Shown here: positions 47,339 to 59,388 of the stretch, piece by piece
How positions within the stretch are numbered: position 1 is the first letter of the stretch
How the letters are laid out: each line of letters opens with the position of its first letter
Notes under the pieces: generated by a model
Seen by the model: only the letters and a program-made list of their open reading frames with translations
Databases searched by the model: none
What the model was told of the DNA's origin: nothing
Source of the DNA: Phyllobates terribilis
Taxonomy: Eukaryota
Assembly (NCBI RefSeq): GCF_046119375.1
Contig: NW_027362761.1
Location: 283,092,001-283,156,000, forward strand
Direction: 5' to 3'
DNA length: 64,000 bases
Program-made: the position numbers and the translations under genes

Positions 47339-50034
47339 TAGTGTTGAGCCACCCCCGCAGTGTTCGGGTTCGGTTCGGTTCGTCGAACACCGGGATGTTC
47401 GAGGAACTGTTCGTCGAACTGTTCGTCGAACACCTTAGAACACCGTCGAACACCGTTAAAACCAATGGCAGGCAAACAAAAACACATAGAAACACATAGA
47501 AAACACCTTCAAAGGTGTCCAAAAGCTGACAAACTGCTCAGAAGACGCTTTCTTTAAAAAATCCGGCAGGCAATTCAGCAGCGGCATACACCGGTACCCG
47601 ACAATTTAGACAAGAAGGAATAGAGCCTCACACATAGATTAGATAGATAGAAACATGTCAGTCACATATATATGAAGTACAGTGACAGTGTTGCTTACTG
47701 TACTTGTCATTTAGTGTAAAGGATTTATTAAAAAAAATAATAGTGTTTTCATGCACCGTCTCTTTAAAAAAGCCGGCAGGCAATTCAGCATCTGTACCCG
47801 ACAATTTATAACAGACAGAATAGAGCTTCACACATAGATTAGATAGATAGAAACATGTCAGTCACATATATATGAAGTACAGTGACAATGTTGCTTACTG
47901 TACTTGTCATTTAGTGTAAAGGATTTATTAAAAAAAATAATAGTGTTTTCATGCACCGTCTCTTTAAAAAAGCCGGCCGGCAATTCAGCATCCGTACCCG
48001 ACAATTTATAACAGACAGAATAGAGCTTCACACATAGATTAGATAGATAGAAACATGTCAGTCACATATATATGAAGTACAGTGATAGTGTTGGTTACTG
48101 TACTTGTCATTTAGTATTAAAATAAAGGATTTATTATTAAAAAAAATTGGCGTGGGGTTCCCCGTAATTTTAGTCTCTAGCGGAGGTTAAGCAGACAGCT
48201 GGGGCAGATGTTTGAAGCCTGGGAAGGGGGTAATACCCACGGAGCTTCCCAGGCTACTAATATGAGCCCCCAGCTGAATACATAGCCTTTACTAGCTATT
48301 AAAATGGGGGACCCCCCCAAAAAAATGACGTGGGGTCCCCCCTAATTTAATAGCTAGCAAAGGCTAGGCAGACAGCTGGGGGCTGATATTAATAGCCCAG
48401 GAAGGGAGCCATGAATATTGGCCCCCTCCCAGGCTAGAAACACCAGCCGTCAGCCGCCCCAGAAATGGCGCATTCATAGGATGCGCCAATTCTGGCACTT
48501 AGCCTCGCTCTTCCACGCTGCCCTGTAGCGGTGGCAGGGGGTAATAGGGCTGGGGTTGATGTCAGCTTATAATGCCAGCTGACATCAAGCCCAGGTTAGT
48601 AATGGAGAGGTGTCTATAAGACACCCCCATTACTAATCCCATAGTCAAAGTTAAAAGAAAACACAAACACCCAGAATAAAGTCCTTTAATTGAAATAAAG
48701 ACACAATCCTTTATTGTTCTAAATTAAACCATACTTACCATCACGCCCATTCCATCTGAAGCCAACGATCTCCTGCAATAAAAGAAAAATAATAAAGCAA
48801 CATCATCCTTACCTTTCCATGGTTCCCACGACAGCTTCAGCTCTGCTACATCGAGATGACTGGCTGGACCGCAGCAGAACGCTGCCATCCAGCCTGTCAG
48901 TGAGGTGCATGAGGTGAGCTGAGTTCATTGGACATGAGCTCACCTGTCTGCCTAGCCTTTGCTAGCTATTAAATTAGGGGGGACCCCACGTCATTTTTTT
49001 TGGGGGGTCCCCCATTTTAATAGCTAGTAAAGGCTATGTATTCAGCTGGGGGCTGATATTAGTAGCCTGGGAAGCTCCGTGGGTATTACCCCCTTCCCAG
49101 GCTTCAAACATCTGCCCCAGCTGTCTGCTTAACCTCCGCTAGAGACTAAAATTAAGGGGAACCCCACACCAATTTTTTTAATAATAAATCCTTTATTTTA
49201 ATACTAAATGACAAGTACAGTAACCAACACTATCACTGTACTTCATATATATGTGACTGACATGTTTCTATCTATCTAATCTATGTGTGAAGCTCTATTC
49301 TGTCTGTTATAAATTGTCGGGTACCGCTGCTGAATTGCCGGCCGGCTTTCTTAAAGAGACGGTGCATGAAAACACTATTATTTTTTTTAATAAATCCTTT
49401 ACACTAAATGACAAGTACAGTAAGCAACACTGTCACTGTACTTCATATATATGTGACTGACATGTTTCTATCTATCTAATCTATGTGTGATTCTCTATTC
49501 CTTCTATTCTAAATTGTCGGGTACCGCTGCTGAATTGCCGGCCGGCTTTTTTAAAGAGATGGTGCATGAAAACACTATTATTTTTTTTGATAAATCCTTT
49601 ACGCTAAATGACAAGTACAGTAAGCAGCACTTTCACTGTACTTCGTATATATGTGGCTGACATGTTTATATCTATCTAATCTATGTGTGAAGCTCTATTC
49701 TTTCGGTTCTAAATTGTCGGTACCGGTGTATGCCGCTGCTGAATTGCCGGCTTTTCGTGTTTCACTGTGAGCACTGTTCCCATCGATTTGGGCAATCACT
49801 GTAATGCCACAACCACCATGGCTGTGGCATTACAGTGAGTGGCAGACAATCCCTGCATGATTGGTGCTCTAAATAGCGCCAGACATGCAGGACACGCTTT
49901 TGGTGCACGAACATAACCTCGAACAGCCGAATTTTTTGCAAATCGTTCGGGTTCGTCGAACAACTCGAACACCGCCCAAAACAGCTCGAATTTGAGATTG
50001 GCGAACAGTTCTAGTCGAACACCGCTCATCTCTA
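47339..50034 (-). mobile_element. Non-autonomous hAT, 2696 bp, perfect TSD CTGATCAG, same termini as the 16437 family, internal ~800-bp inverted repeat
   Basis: TAGTGTTGAGCCACC...CGCTCATCTCTA with CTGATCAG at 47331-47338 and 50035-50042. Arms at ~47550-48370 and ~48947-49752 each hold three ~200-bp units. Confidence 0.93.
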
Positions 50035-50220
50035 CTGATCAGTTCTAAGGAAGTAAGAAGCAGATTTTTCTGATAAGATATGTTACAAAGCTTCTTATTT
50101 TCATGTGTACTATTGTTTTATGAAATAAAAATGAAAGAGACAGTTATTCTCTAAGATGCTGCTAGACACCTACAGCAAAGGCTTATCTTCAGGTGGGCAC
50201 TAAAAGATCGAGCACTGTAA

Positions 50221-51097
50221 GGCTATGTGCCCACGATGCAGAAATGCTCCGGATTTTTCCTGAGCGTTTCTGCATCTCCCTGGCAGAAAAAACGCATGCG
50301 GATTGTACATGCGGATTGTACATGCATTTTTCCTGCCAGGGACAAGCGGAAATGAAGCGCTCTTCACATGCATTTCCGCATGCGGGTTGTCAAGCGCTTT
50401 CCAAGCGAATTTAGCATCACTTGGAAAGTGCTTGACAACTTGGTCACACTATATAAATCCATGCAACCGGCATGGATTTATATAGTGTGACCGTAAAGAA
50501 TGGTAAAAAATAAAAAAATAAATCTATACTTACCTGCTGATGGCCCCCGGTGTCCTTGTCTTGGCTTGCCGGCAGCTCACAGTAGATTAAAGGACCTGCC
50601 GACGTCAGCGGTCGTGTGACCCATCACATGACTAAATGACGTCACCGCAGGCCCTTGAGTCCACCGCGAGCTGCCGGCAAGCCGAGACAAGGACACCGGG
50701 GGCCATCAGAAGGTAAGTATAATATTTATTTTATTCTTTTTTTTACAGGTACTATGGTACTCGGGTCCGGAGGAGAGTCTCCTCTTCTCCAAACCCGGGT
50801 ACCATCCGCACATTGAAACGCATGGAATCCGCATGTACAGATTCAGTGATGCAGATGACATGCGTTCCAATGCAAGTCAATGGCGGCGAAAACACTGCGC
50901 TTACGCAAAATAATTGGTAGTGCTGCGGATTTTTCCGCAATGATAATCCGCAGCGGAAATTTCCACAGCATGTGCACAGCACATGCGGATTATCATTGGG
51001 GAACATGGCAGGCCTTCTACCATGCGTTTTTTAAGCGTTTCTACAGCAGAATTGCCGCTGCAGAAACGCTAGAAAAACGCATAGTGGGCACACAGCC
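50221..51097. mobile_element. PIF/Harbinger-like MITE, 877 bp, TAA TSD
   Basis: TAA-GGCTATGTGCCCAC...GTGGGCACACAGCC-TAA, with an internal inverted pair at 50525-50580 and 50665-50722. Confidence 0.8.
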
Positions 51098-51566
51098 TAA
51101 TACAACTTCTTTTGAAATCATTTGTTCGGGGGTTATCTGGAGGCCTTCATACACATTAGATAGTCAGCAGTTCCCACTGTTAGAAATTGACAGGTTTGGA
51201 CACCTTTTATCTCATGTGCATGGGAGGGTCTTCAACTATAATGTTTTAAAAAAATACTGCTATAACTGATTGAAAATAGTAAACACAAGATTGAATAATG
51301 AAAATACAACTATAGACAGATTTAGATAGACATTGAATCAGGATAGATGCAGTAGACCAAACATCCTACAGTAGTGATGGATGAAATAATAATGAGTTAG
51401 GAACTTTAATGCTTTATGTTCCTCTCTTGACAAATGCTGAGGTTGGGCTTAATAGGAAAGTAAGAGGGTCTCATTTTCAAGTCCAGGTCAGACACTAACA
51501 GCAGAGGACCCTGATCTGTTGACTACTGTAGCGGGCTGTCAAATGGAACGTGTATAACTCCACTAG

Positions 51567-51770
51567 GGCCACGGCCCCACTATCAGTATTTGGTCAGTAT
51601 TCGGTCAGTATTTTTTCTCAGGTGTGGGAGCCAAAACCAGGAATGGGTGATAAATGCAGAATTGGTGCACTTGTTTCTATTATACCTTTTCTCTGATTGT
51701 TCCTCACCTGGTTTTGGCTTCCGCTCCTGAGAAAAAATACTGACCAAATGCTGATAGTGGGACCGTGACC
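51567..51770. mobile_element. Harbinger-like palindromic MITE, 204 bp
   Basis: GGCCACGGCCCCACTATCAGTATTTGGTCAGTATT / AATACTGACCAAATGCTGATAGTGGGACCGTGACC; flanks TAG and TAA. Confidence 0.75.
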
Positions 51771-52105
51771 TAACTGTCAATGTAGCTTTCATGTTTGGCG
51801 ACTACAGAGTGCAAATGTCATCTAAAACACTAGCAACTGTATCAAATGTAGGAGTAACAGAAACATTTTCTGTGCTTGACCCGCACTGGTTTGGCTGCAG
51901 TAAAGGTCTAAGTGCATAGTATTGTGGCATACCCAAACCTTGGACATGGAGTCCATATTACAAAGCAATAAACACACCTTGTGTACCGTAAGACACCTTG
52001 TCTTTCTTAAAGCAATGCTAATAGGGAAGAATTATTCCATTATATGGCATTTTTTAAGAAATCCCCTAAAAATAAGGCAATACAGGACAATGTAGGTGCC
52101 AAAGT

Positions 52106-52623
52106 AAGGAGCCTTTCATGCCCAGAAGTGTTCTTTACCTGCAGAAATAGGGGTAATCAGTAGGTAAATAGCATTAAACCCAGTGTATCCAGCTTACTGC
52201 AGCAGTAGTTACAGGAAGAGAATGAAGTGTTATCCTCCCTGTAGCCGCTCGCTATCAATTATCGGAGTGGTGCAGGGAGCTGTTACAGTCACCGCTCACT
52301 ACTCAATGAGTGCGCTGTAATCCCGCCCCGACACTTTGATTGACAACCTGCTTTGCAGCTTGTGTTTGCACATGTTTGTGCAGAACAGGCTGTCAGTCAA
52401 AGTGCAGGGGAGTGATTATAGCTCGCTCATAGTATAAGGACCCGTGACTGTTATACCTCCTCGGCCTGAGGATTAAAAGTGACCTACATCGAGAATAAAA
52501 CTACATTTTCTCCCTGTAGCTGCTGTTTCAGTGAGCCAGCTACACAGGATTTAAATGCTATTTGCCTTCAGATTAACCCTATATCTGCAGGTAAATAGCG
52601 TTTCTGGGTGTGTCAGGTTCCCT
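52106..52623. mobile_element. Kolobok/T2-like MITE
   Basis: Ends TCAGGTTCCCT-TTAA. Internal inverted TTTACCTGCAGA..GG.TAATC / GATTAACCCTATATCTGCAGGTAAA. The left end is degenerate. Confidence 0.65.
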
Positions 52624-53549
52624 TTAAAAGTACTGTGTGTATGAGCTACTAGTAGCGAGATTAGACAGCTCCTGTGCTTTTTATGTAGCTAGATTATGTA
52701 ATTTGTCATTTAAGCTTTTTAGTGTGTGCAGTCAGCAAAGCTTTGATGGTCAATGAAAATAGGCATATTATTTTTATATGACCTAACCTTTACCACAGAA
52801 GATTATTAAAAGCAGATAAATGATTAACTTCAAGGTTGACAACACACAGCACTGTCTTTTTGTTGAATAAGCTTTAGGGTGTCATTGGCAGACAGGTTCG
52901 GGTTTTCTGAGCTACTGCTGCAACTTTAGATTTCAAAAACAGACTGAGCTGACTGCCAAGTAAAATTTGTCACTGTGTAGGTGTGGATGAAAGCTTTCTG
53001 TGAAAAGTATACAGAAGCAGCCAATGCAGAATAATACAACAACCTTTAAATCCTGCATAGAGGGCAAAATGAGCAAAACAAAGATGACATTTATACGTGT
53101 CATTTTTGCTTTATTTTGCCTTTAGGTAGAGATAGTCAACTTGCTAATTGCTTATGTTTTATTAAATATGTTGGTATACATGTACAGACAGGCCATGTAT
53201 AAGGTTATGTATAGACAGGCCATGTTACACTAAACTGTGCTTCCTCTATATTATTGCAAGTTATATCTACTTTTGCGCCCAGAGCTGTGATGCTATTAGG
53301 TTTAGTAGGATGAAACCAGGAGTATTGTGCACCTGGTGAAAACTCATTTTGTTTTTGCCATTGACCCTTCTTGCTCCATTTACATCCCTTCTTCAACGAA
53401 CTCCATATCAAATGATAAGAATTTATTGCCCAGAAAATGTCCCATAGTCCATAGTCCTAAACTCATAAGATTTCATAAGCATTTAGTATGCCATTTCCCT
53501 TGACTTCCTAAAACTAGATAAGAAAAAGAGAGGCCAGTTACACTTTCCC

Positions 53550-53712
53550 CACTGTGTGCACATTTATTAGGCAAGTGAGTGTTTTGACCAGATCACCATT
53601 TTTATGCAGATTTTCCATCTCCATGTTCAGTGCTCACAGACATGGCCAAGATAAGGAAAGCTGAAAGACGACCACCACTGAACAAAACACAGAAGTTGAA
53701 ACGCCAAGACTG
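53550..53712 (+). mobile_element. Internally deleted TRT-like Tc1 fragment
   Basis: Terminus CACTGTGTGCACATTTATTAGGC. Peptide RKAERRPPLNKTQKLKRQDW parallels the TRT RPPLSTSHKQKRLQW. Confidence 0.55.
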
Positions 53713-53907
53713 GAACATTATGTATCAGTGCATACGAAGCAGCCAGGTAGTGCCACAGGCAAATCAAAAGCTCAATGATGCCTTGATGTAGGTCTCCGAG
53801 AGGATTCTTGCCGTACACCAGCTAACATCTTATCAGGAGAATACGCAGATGTGTTTGAGAGTGCACACAGGCACGTGGAGTCATAAATGCTTCAGTCACA
53901 TTATGAA

Positions 53908-56830
53908 TAGGGATGAGCAGACCTGGGAATGTTCGGGTTCATCGGGTTAGACCGAACTGTAGTCCAAAGTTCAGTTTGGGTACCAGAACTCTACCGGAAC
54001 TTGAACCTAAACCCGAACCCCATAGAAGTCAATCGATACCAAAACTATGGTGCTGTAAAATGGTCATAGTAAAGGCTAGGGGGCTGCAAAAGTAAGCAAA
54101 ATGGGGGTAAGAGCAGGACAATTGACCTGCAAACAAATGTGGATAGGGAAAGGACTTAAATTAACATAGAATAATAAAAAAAAAATAATAATATTGAACC
54201 AGGTGGCGGATGTCCAAGTTGAGGAGGAGGTGGATGTGGCGGTGTAGGCGGAAGAGGATTAGGAGGTAGTTAACATTGTTTTTGTGTTTGTTTGTTTTTT
54301 CATTTGGGTAGGCCCTAAAGCATGGGGAATGACAAATAGAATGAACAAATTGTGATGGAGTAAAACAATGGCTGGGTGAGGCTGGTATACTTCTCTATTT
54401 AGCCAAATATATGGTCTAGTCCTGTGGGATCTACGCCTCATTCATTTTAATTAATGTGCTGATGTTGGCTGTTGACAGATGGATGCACCTGTCTGTGATC
54501 ACTGCCCCTGTCATACCAAACACACGTTCTAACAATACACTTGCTGCAAGGCAGGCCAGCACCTCCAAGGCGTAAAAGGCAAGCTCAGGCCATGTGTCCA
54601 ATTTGGAGACCCAGAAGTTAAATGGGGCAGACCCATCACTCAGTAGATGGAGATGTGTGGACATGTACTCTTCCACCATGTTGTTGAAATGCTGCCTCCT
54701 GCTAATACGGACCATATTAGATGGTGGTGTTGGATGTTGTGACTTGCTAAGGAAGATTTTCCACATTTTGGCCAGGCCAACTCTCCCTTCTGAAGTGGTG
54801 CCAGTGCCCAAGCTGCGTTTGTGACTTCCTCCTCCTCCTCTGCCTTGTGGTTTCACTGAACCCCCACTGTCAGGTGGGAACGCCGTCAGTAATGAGTCTA
54901 CCAGCGTAGGCTTGTATTCTCGCATTTTCTGATGATGCTCCAGTGATGGAAGTAAGGATGGCATGTTGTCCTTGTAGTGGGGATCCAGCAGGGTGGCCAC
55001 TCAGTAATCAGTAGTTGTAACAATCTGGACAACTTGTCGGTCTTTGCACAGGCACTGCAGCATGTATTCGCTCATGTGCGCCAGGCTGCCCAGAGACAAT
55101 GACAAACTGTCCTTGGTGGGAGGTGTATCGTCTGGCTCCTTTGTATCCAGTGCTCCAGTAATACCCGTAAGCTGATTTGAGTCCTACCCTGCTGTGAACA
55201 CAGTTCCTCCTCCTTCTCCTTCTCCGCCTCCTCATCCTCTAAAACTGTCCCCTGGCTGGACAGTTGTGTACCTGGCCTCTGTTAGTGCAGTAACCCCCCT
55301 CTGAGCCATGTATGGACTACTAGCCTGATAATGGTGTGAATGGTCCCTATTCCTCCTCTTCCTCTTGTGCCACCACCTCATCCATCATCGCCTGAAGAGT
55401 TTTTTCAAGGAGGCATAGAAGTGGCATAGTAACACTGATGTCATTAGTGCTGGCTATGTTCATGGAGTACTTGAAGCACCACAACACAGCACACATGTCC
55501 CGCATGGAAGCCCACTCATTGGTCATGAAGTGATGTTGTTATGCAGAGTGACTCACCCTTGCGTGCTGCAGCTAAAACTCCCCTATTGCTTGCTGCTGCT
55601 CACACAGTCTTTCCAGCATATGCAAGGTGGAGTTCCACCTTGTGGGTATGTCGCATATGAGGCGGTGAGTGGGAAGGCAGAAGTGACGCTGCAGCGCAGA
55701 CAGGTCAGCAGCAGGGTGAGAATTCAGAAAGCACGCACAGATGGCCCGCACTTTCTGCAGCAGCTCTGACATCTAGGGGTAATTTTTCAGGAAGCTCTAC
55801 ACCACCAAATTCAGCACATGCGCCAGGCAAGAGATGTGCGTCAAACCGGCTAGGCCCAGAGCTGCTATGAGATTTCACCACCAAGCCGGGTTTGAAGTTC
55901 AGTGGCACCAACCACTCATCTGTCTGTTTTCAATAAAAGAAAAAAGAAGAGAGCACTAACCGGTCTAAAAATATCGCTTAATTCCATCCATTTAAAATTA
56001 CATGGCAGGGGGCTATGTGGTACACATCATCAGACGATGGCCGTTTCACGCACACTGCGCTTCTATGGGTAAAAGGAATACTCTATGCAGATGGGCGGCG
56101 TTACCACCACCTCTTCCTCCGAACTTAGAATGTTTCGCGGATGGCCTTGACGGTATGTGAGATCTAGGATGTCATCATCCCCCTGCATCATCTTCTATCC
56201 ATTCCTCACCCCTGCCATCTTTTCCAGTCTGCACACTACAGAAAGCTGCAACAGTTGGCACCTGTGTTTCATCATCATCATCATCATCAGTGATGTGCTG
56301 CAGTGGAACGCTGACTGTGTACACTAGCCCTCCAGCATACTCATCATCAAACAGACCAAGTGTTTCGGCATCAGTGCACTTAATCTCTTCCACTTCTGGA
56401 GCAAGGCCAGGTGGATTGCCCACGGAACCACAGTCAGCGGAGTCATCAAAATGCAGGAGTGACTGCTGCATGACTTGGGATTCATACTGCTTGACTGATT
56501 TGCAAGGGAGTAAGATGGAAAACAGATAGCCATAGGCCACAGGTGCAAAGCCTGCGCATTCAGCAGAGGACCAGGTGGAAGACAAAGCGAATAAACTGGA
56601 GGCACTCACAGCCATCCAATCTAAAACCACCTCTACTTGTTCTGGCCTCACTATTTGTCCAGTGGTACTCAGGCCTATGTAATTAAGCAAAACGTGCTGT
56701 CACCTGTGTGCACCAGAGGAAGATGTTTCATTTGGGTGCATAGCAGGCACAGATCAACCACATCCTCTCCCTGCAGCAGCTACATCACCGCCAGCAGCAG
56801 CACCACGGCCACGTCCCCTATGTGATTCTC
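53908..56830 (-). mobile_element. Degenerate hAT element (third family); only one end (TAGGGATGAGC) found; transposase remnants 54431-56830
   Basis: TTCGG/CCGAAC subterminal repeats. ATLLDPHYK, FWVSKLDTWPELA..ERVF, ICDIPTRWNS, and a GRGRG N-terminus. Confidence 0.8.
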
Positions 56831-58974
56831 TCCTCAATCTTTTCCCCCCAAAAAGTCCAGAGTATTACAGAGAGAGAGTGCCCAGCAGATTATTACATTG
56901 CTTGTATGCAGGGTACTCCCACAGAGCCTGATGAAGAGTGCCCCCACAGAACCTATTTTCATATAGACCCCCACAGAGTCTGTTTTCAGAATACCCCCAC
57001 AGAGGCAGTTTTCAGAGTCCCCCCACAGAACCTGTTTTAAAAGTACCCCATTAAAGGCTGTTTTTAGGGTTATTTGTAATCCAGCTCATATTTGGTTGAT
57101 GATTTTGATGATTAACTAGAGATTGACCTGAGGAGGATTGAGTTCACTCTGTGATTCGATTCTTGAGAAAGGATAGGAGCGCAGAACATACAACATAGAA
57201 TTAGAAAAAGACCTAATGCGATGGTGGTGTACTACTTCAGTGTTGATGTACCAGTTTGAAAATGGGAGTCATAGTCTCAGTCTGTGCATACTAATCCAAA
57301 GATTCAAGTGATATAAATGGAACTGCTCTAGCTGTGAAGGATATTTTTCACTAGTTGAAAAACAATTACTTTTTTACTTTCCAAACAATACACCTGTATT
57401 GTCTCCCCAATTAAAGGGATAATATTTGATGACTTGTTGAATAAGCTATCGCTTCTTCATTTAAGAAAGTGCAAAGGTCTTGATACTCCTCAAACAGTGA
57501 TAATTTTAGCACCCACTGTGTGAAAATTCCATTGTTTCTTTCATTTGCATCGGTTATGTATAAACCACAGCAAGGCATGCCCCCAAAAGGAAAAGTTTAT
57601 GGACTGTTTATACAATATAAGAACTATATAAAATCTGAAACTGTAGTGTGTGGTTAATAGGTTGCTGGTTACTATCACTTGCCATTCATTTACCCCTAGC
57701 CAGATGAGTTCACTTGGATATTAACAGGGCTGTATTTACATTACAGAGCTTAATATTGGTCCAATAGACTCCAACGAGAATTGAGAGTGTTATACACGTA
57801 TTTTTCAGGCAGTTAAAGACAATTTAATTATGTGATTCATGTGGAATTTAATACCTGAAAATGAAATTTTTTGGGAAGATTTGGCGAAGCCACTGACTTT
57901 TAGTTTTATAAGATCGTCTCATCTCTATTAACAGTTGATATGCCATTTTGTTCTCAACAAATTACATCACCTACATTATATCAGTAAAGATTTTACATTT
58001 GAACCTTATCAAGATCTTCTATGTGATTTATGTGTTCCCTTAATTTTTTGAGCAGTGTATATTTGAAACTTATTTTGATTTGAGTTATTTGCTATTGGGG
58101 TCATCTACAGTACGTATTCTTAAGTATAATGTAATTATCTACGTGTTTAATGTGCACATATTATGCATGAATAGTTATCTCTTATTCAGCATATCTGACA
58201 GGATGGCAGTAGACTTGTGATATTAGTTTTGACGGGCATTGTACAAAATGAGCGAAGTCGCCCAGTGAAGGAAGATGATAGATTTACCACAAATGAGAGA
58301 AGTGTAGTTGATGATAGAGAGTGACTGATTAGCTAGACTGACAGAAGAGGAGCCTTTTCAGCAATTTAGCTTACCTAGGGCAGTAATTCAGTCTCTAAGA
58401 AAGAAAACAGTGCAAAGTCTGAAGCTGCATAATATATCATATCTACCAAGTTTGAAAAAACACATTTTTTACTTTCTTTATATTTTTGAACTTGCTTTTG
58501 GGTCCTTCTCATCGTCTCCCATTCCATATTTAAGAGATAAGTGAGCTGTTATGTCGATGTGATGTAAAAATTGGACAGAAAGTTGAAGCTTTTTCTGTTT
58601 ACTGACTGAGATTCAGAAATAACATTATTTAGATGACCAGGAAATCGCATTTCAGGATATGTGGCGCCTTACACAACACTTGCACTGATTTCACTTGTTG
58701 GTGACCCACTGCACAGACAGACTTGATACATTTTGTTTTCCCAAAAATTGGCTACAATGCCAAGTGTTCACCAATAGCATTCCTCCATTATTCAACAAGA
58801 CAATGTTTATTATTACTTATTATTATGCTTTGCTTATACAGCGTCTTCATATTCCGCAGTGCTTTAATGTTTAAAGAATTCTAAAATTTTGCCTCCATTC
58901 TGGCCCCCAAAGATCTCAGTCACCTATCCATACTCTTACTGTAGTCGCTAAAGAATGAGTGTCATAAGTGATTA

Positions 58975-59388
58975 AAAGGGCTGATATTCCCTTAAAGGGG
59001 ACAGCCCTTTCAGAAAATCTTGCCCCCCCAGGTGCAGTCTGTTATAAACGAGCAAACCTCACTTTACTCACCATCTCTGGGTCCCCTGATGAGTTATCTA
59101 CACAGCTCCCGATGTCCGGTGTTGGATGCAGTGCTGACATCATGTCAACAACATGTGAACTGCAGAATATGATGGTGCTATATAAGCAAAGCATAATAAT
59201 GAACAATCATAAACATAGTCTTGTTGTTCAATGGAGGAATGTTATTGGTGAACACTTAGCCTTGTAGCCAATTTTTGGGAAAACCGAATGTATTCTGTGA
59301 GTTCTGCCGCTTTGAAGGGAGGGGGATGTTCTCTTTACATGGGCAGAGCTGCTGAGCTCTGAGATTTTTTGTAAAAAGAGACAACCCC
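58975..59388. mobile_element. Degenerate Kolobok/T2-like MITE
   Basis: TTAAAAGGGCTG...ACAACCCCTTTA; ends are weak. Confidence 0.4.

Noticed and set aside
57117-57927. Possible old hAT MITE (TAGAGATTGAC...TCTCATCTCTA), or the missing far end of the 53908 element
   Set aside because: The TIR is degenerate, and the flanks (TGATTAAC / TTAACAGT) match neither each other nor ATTATGAA.
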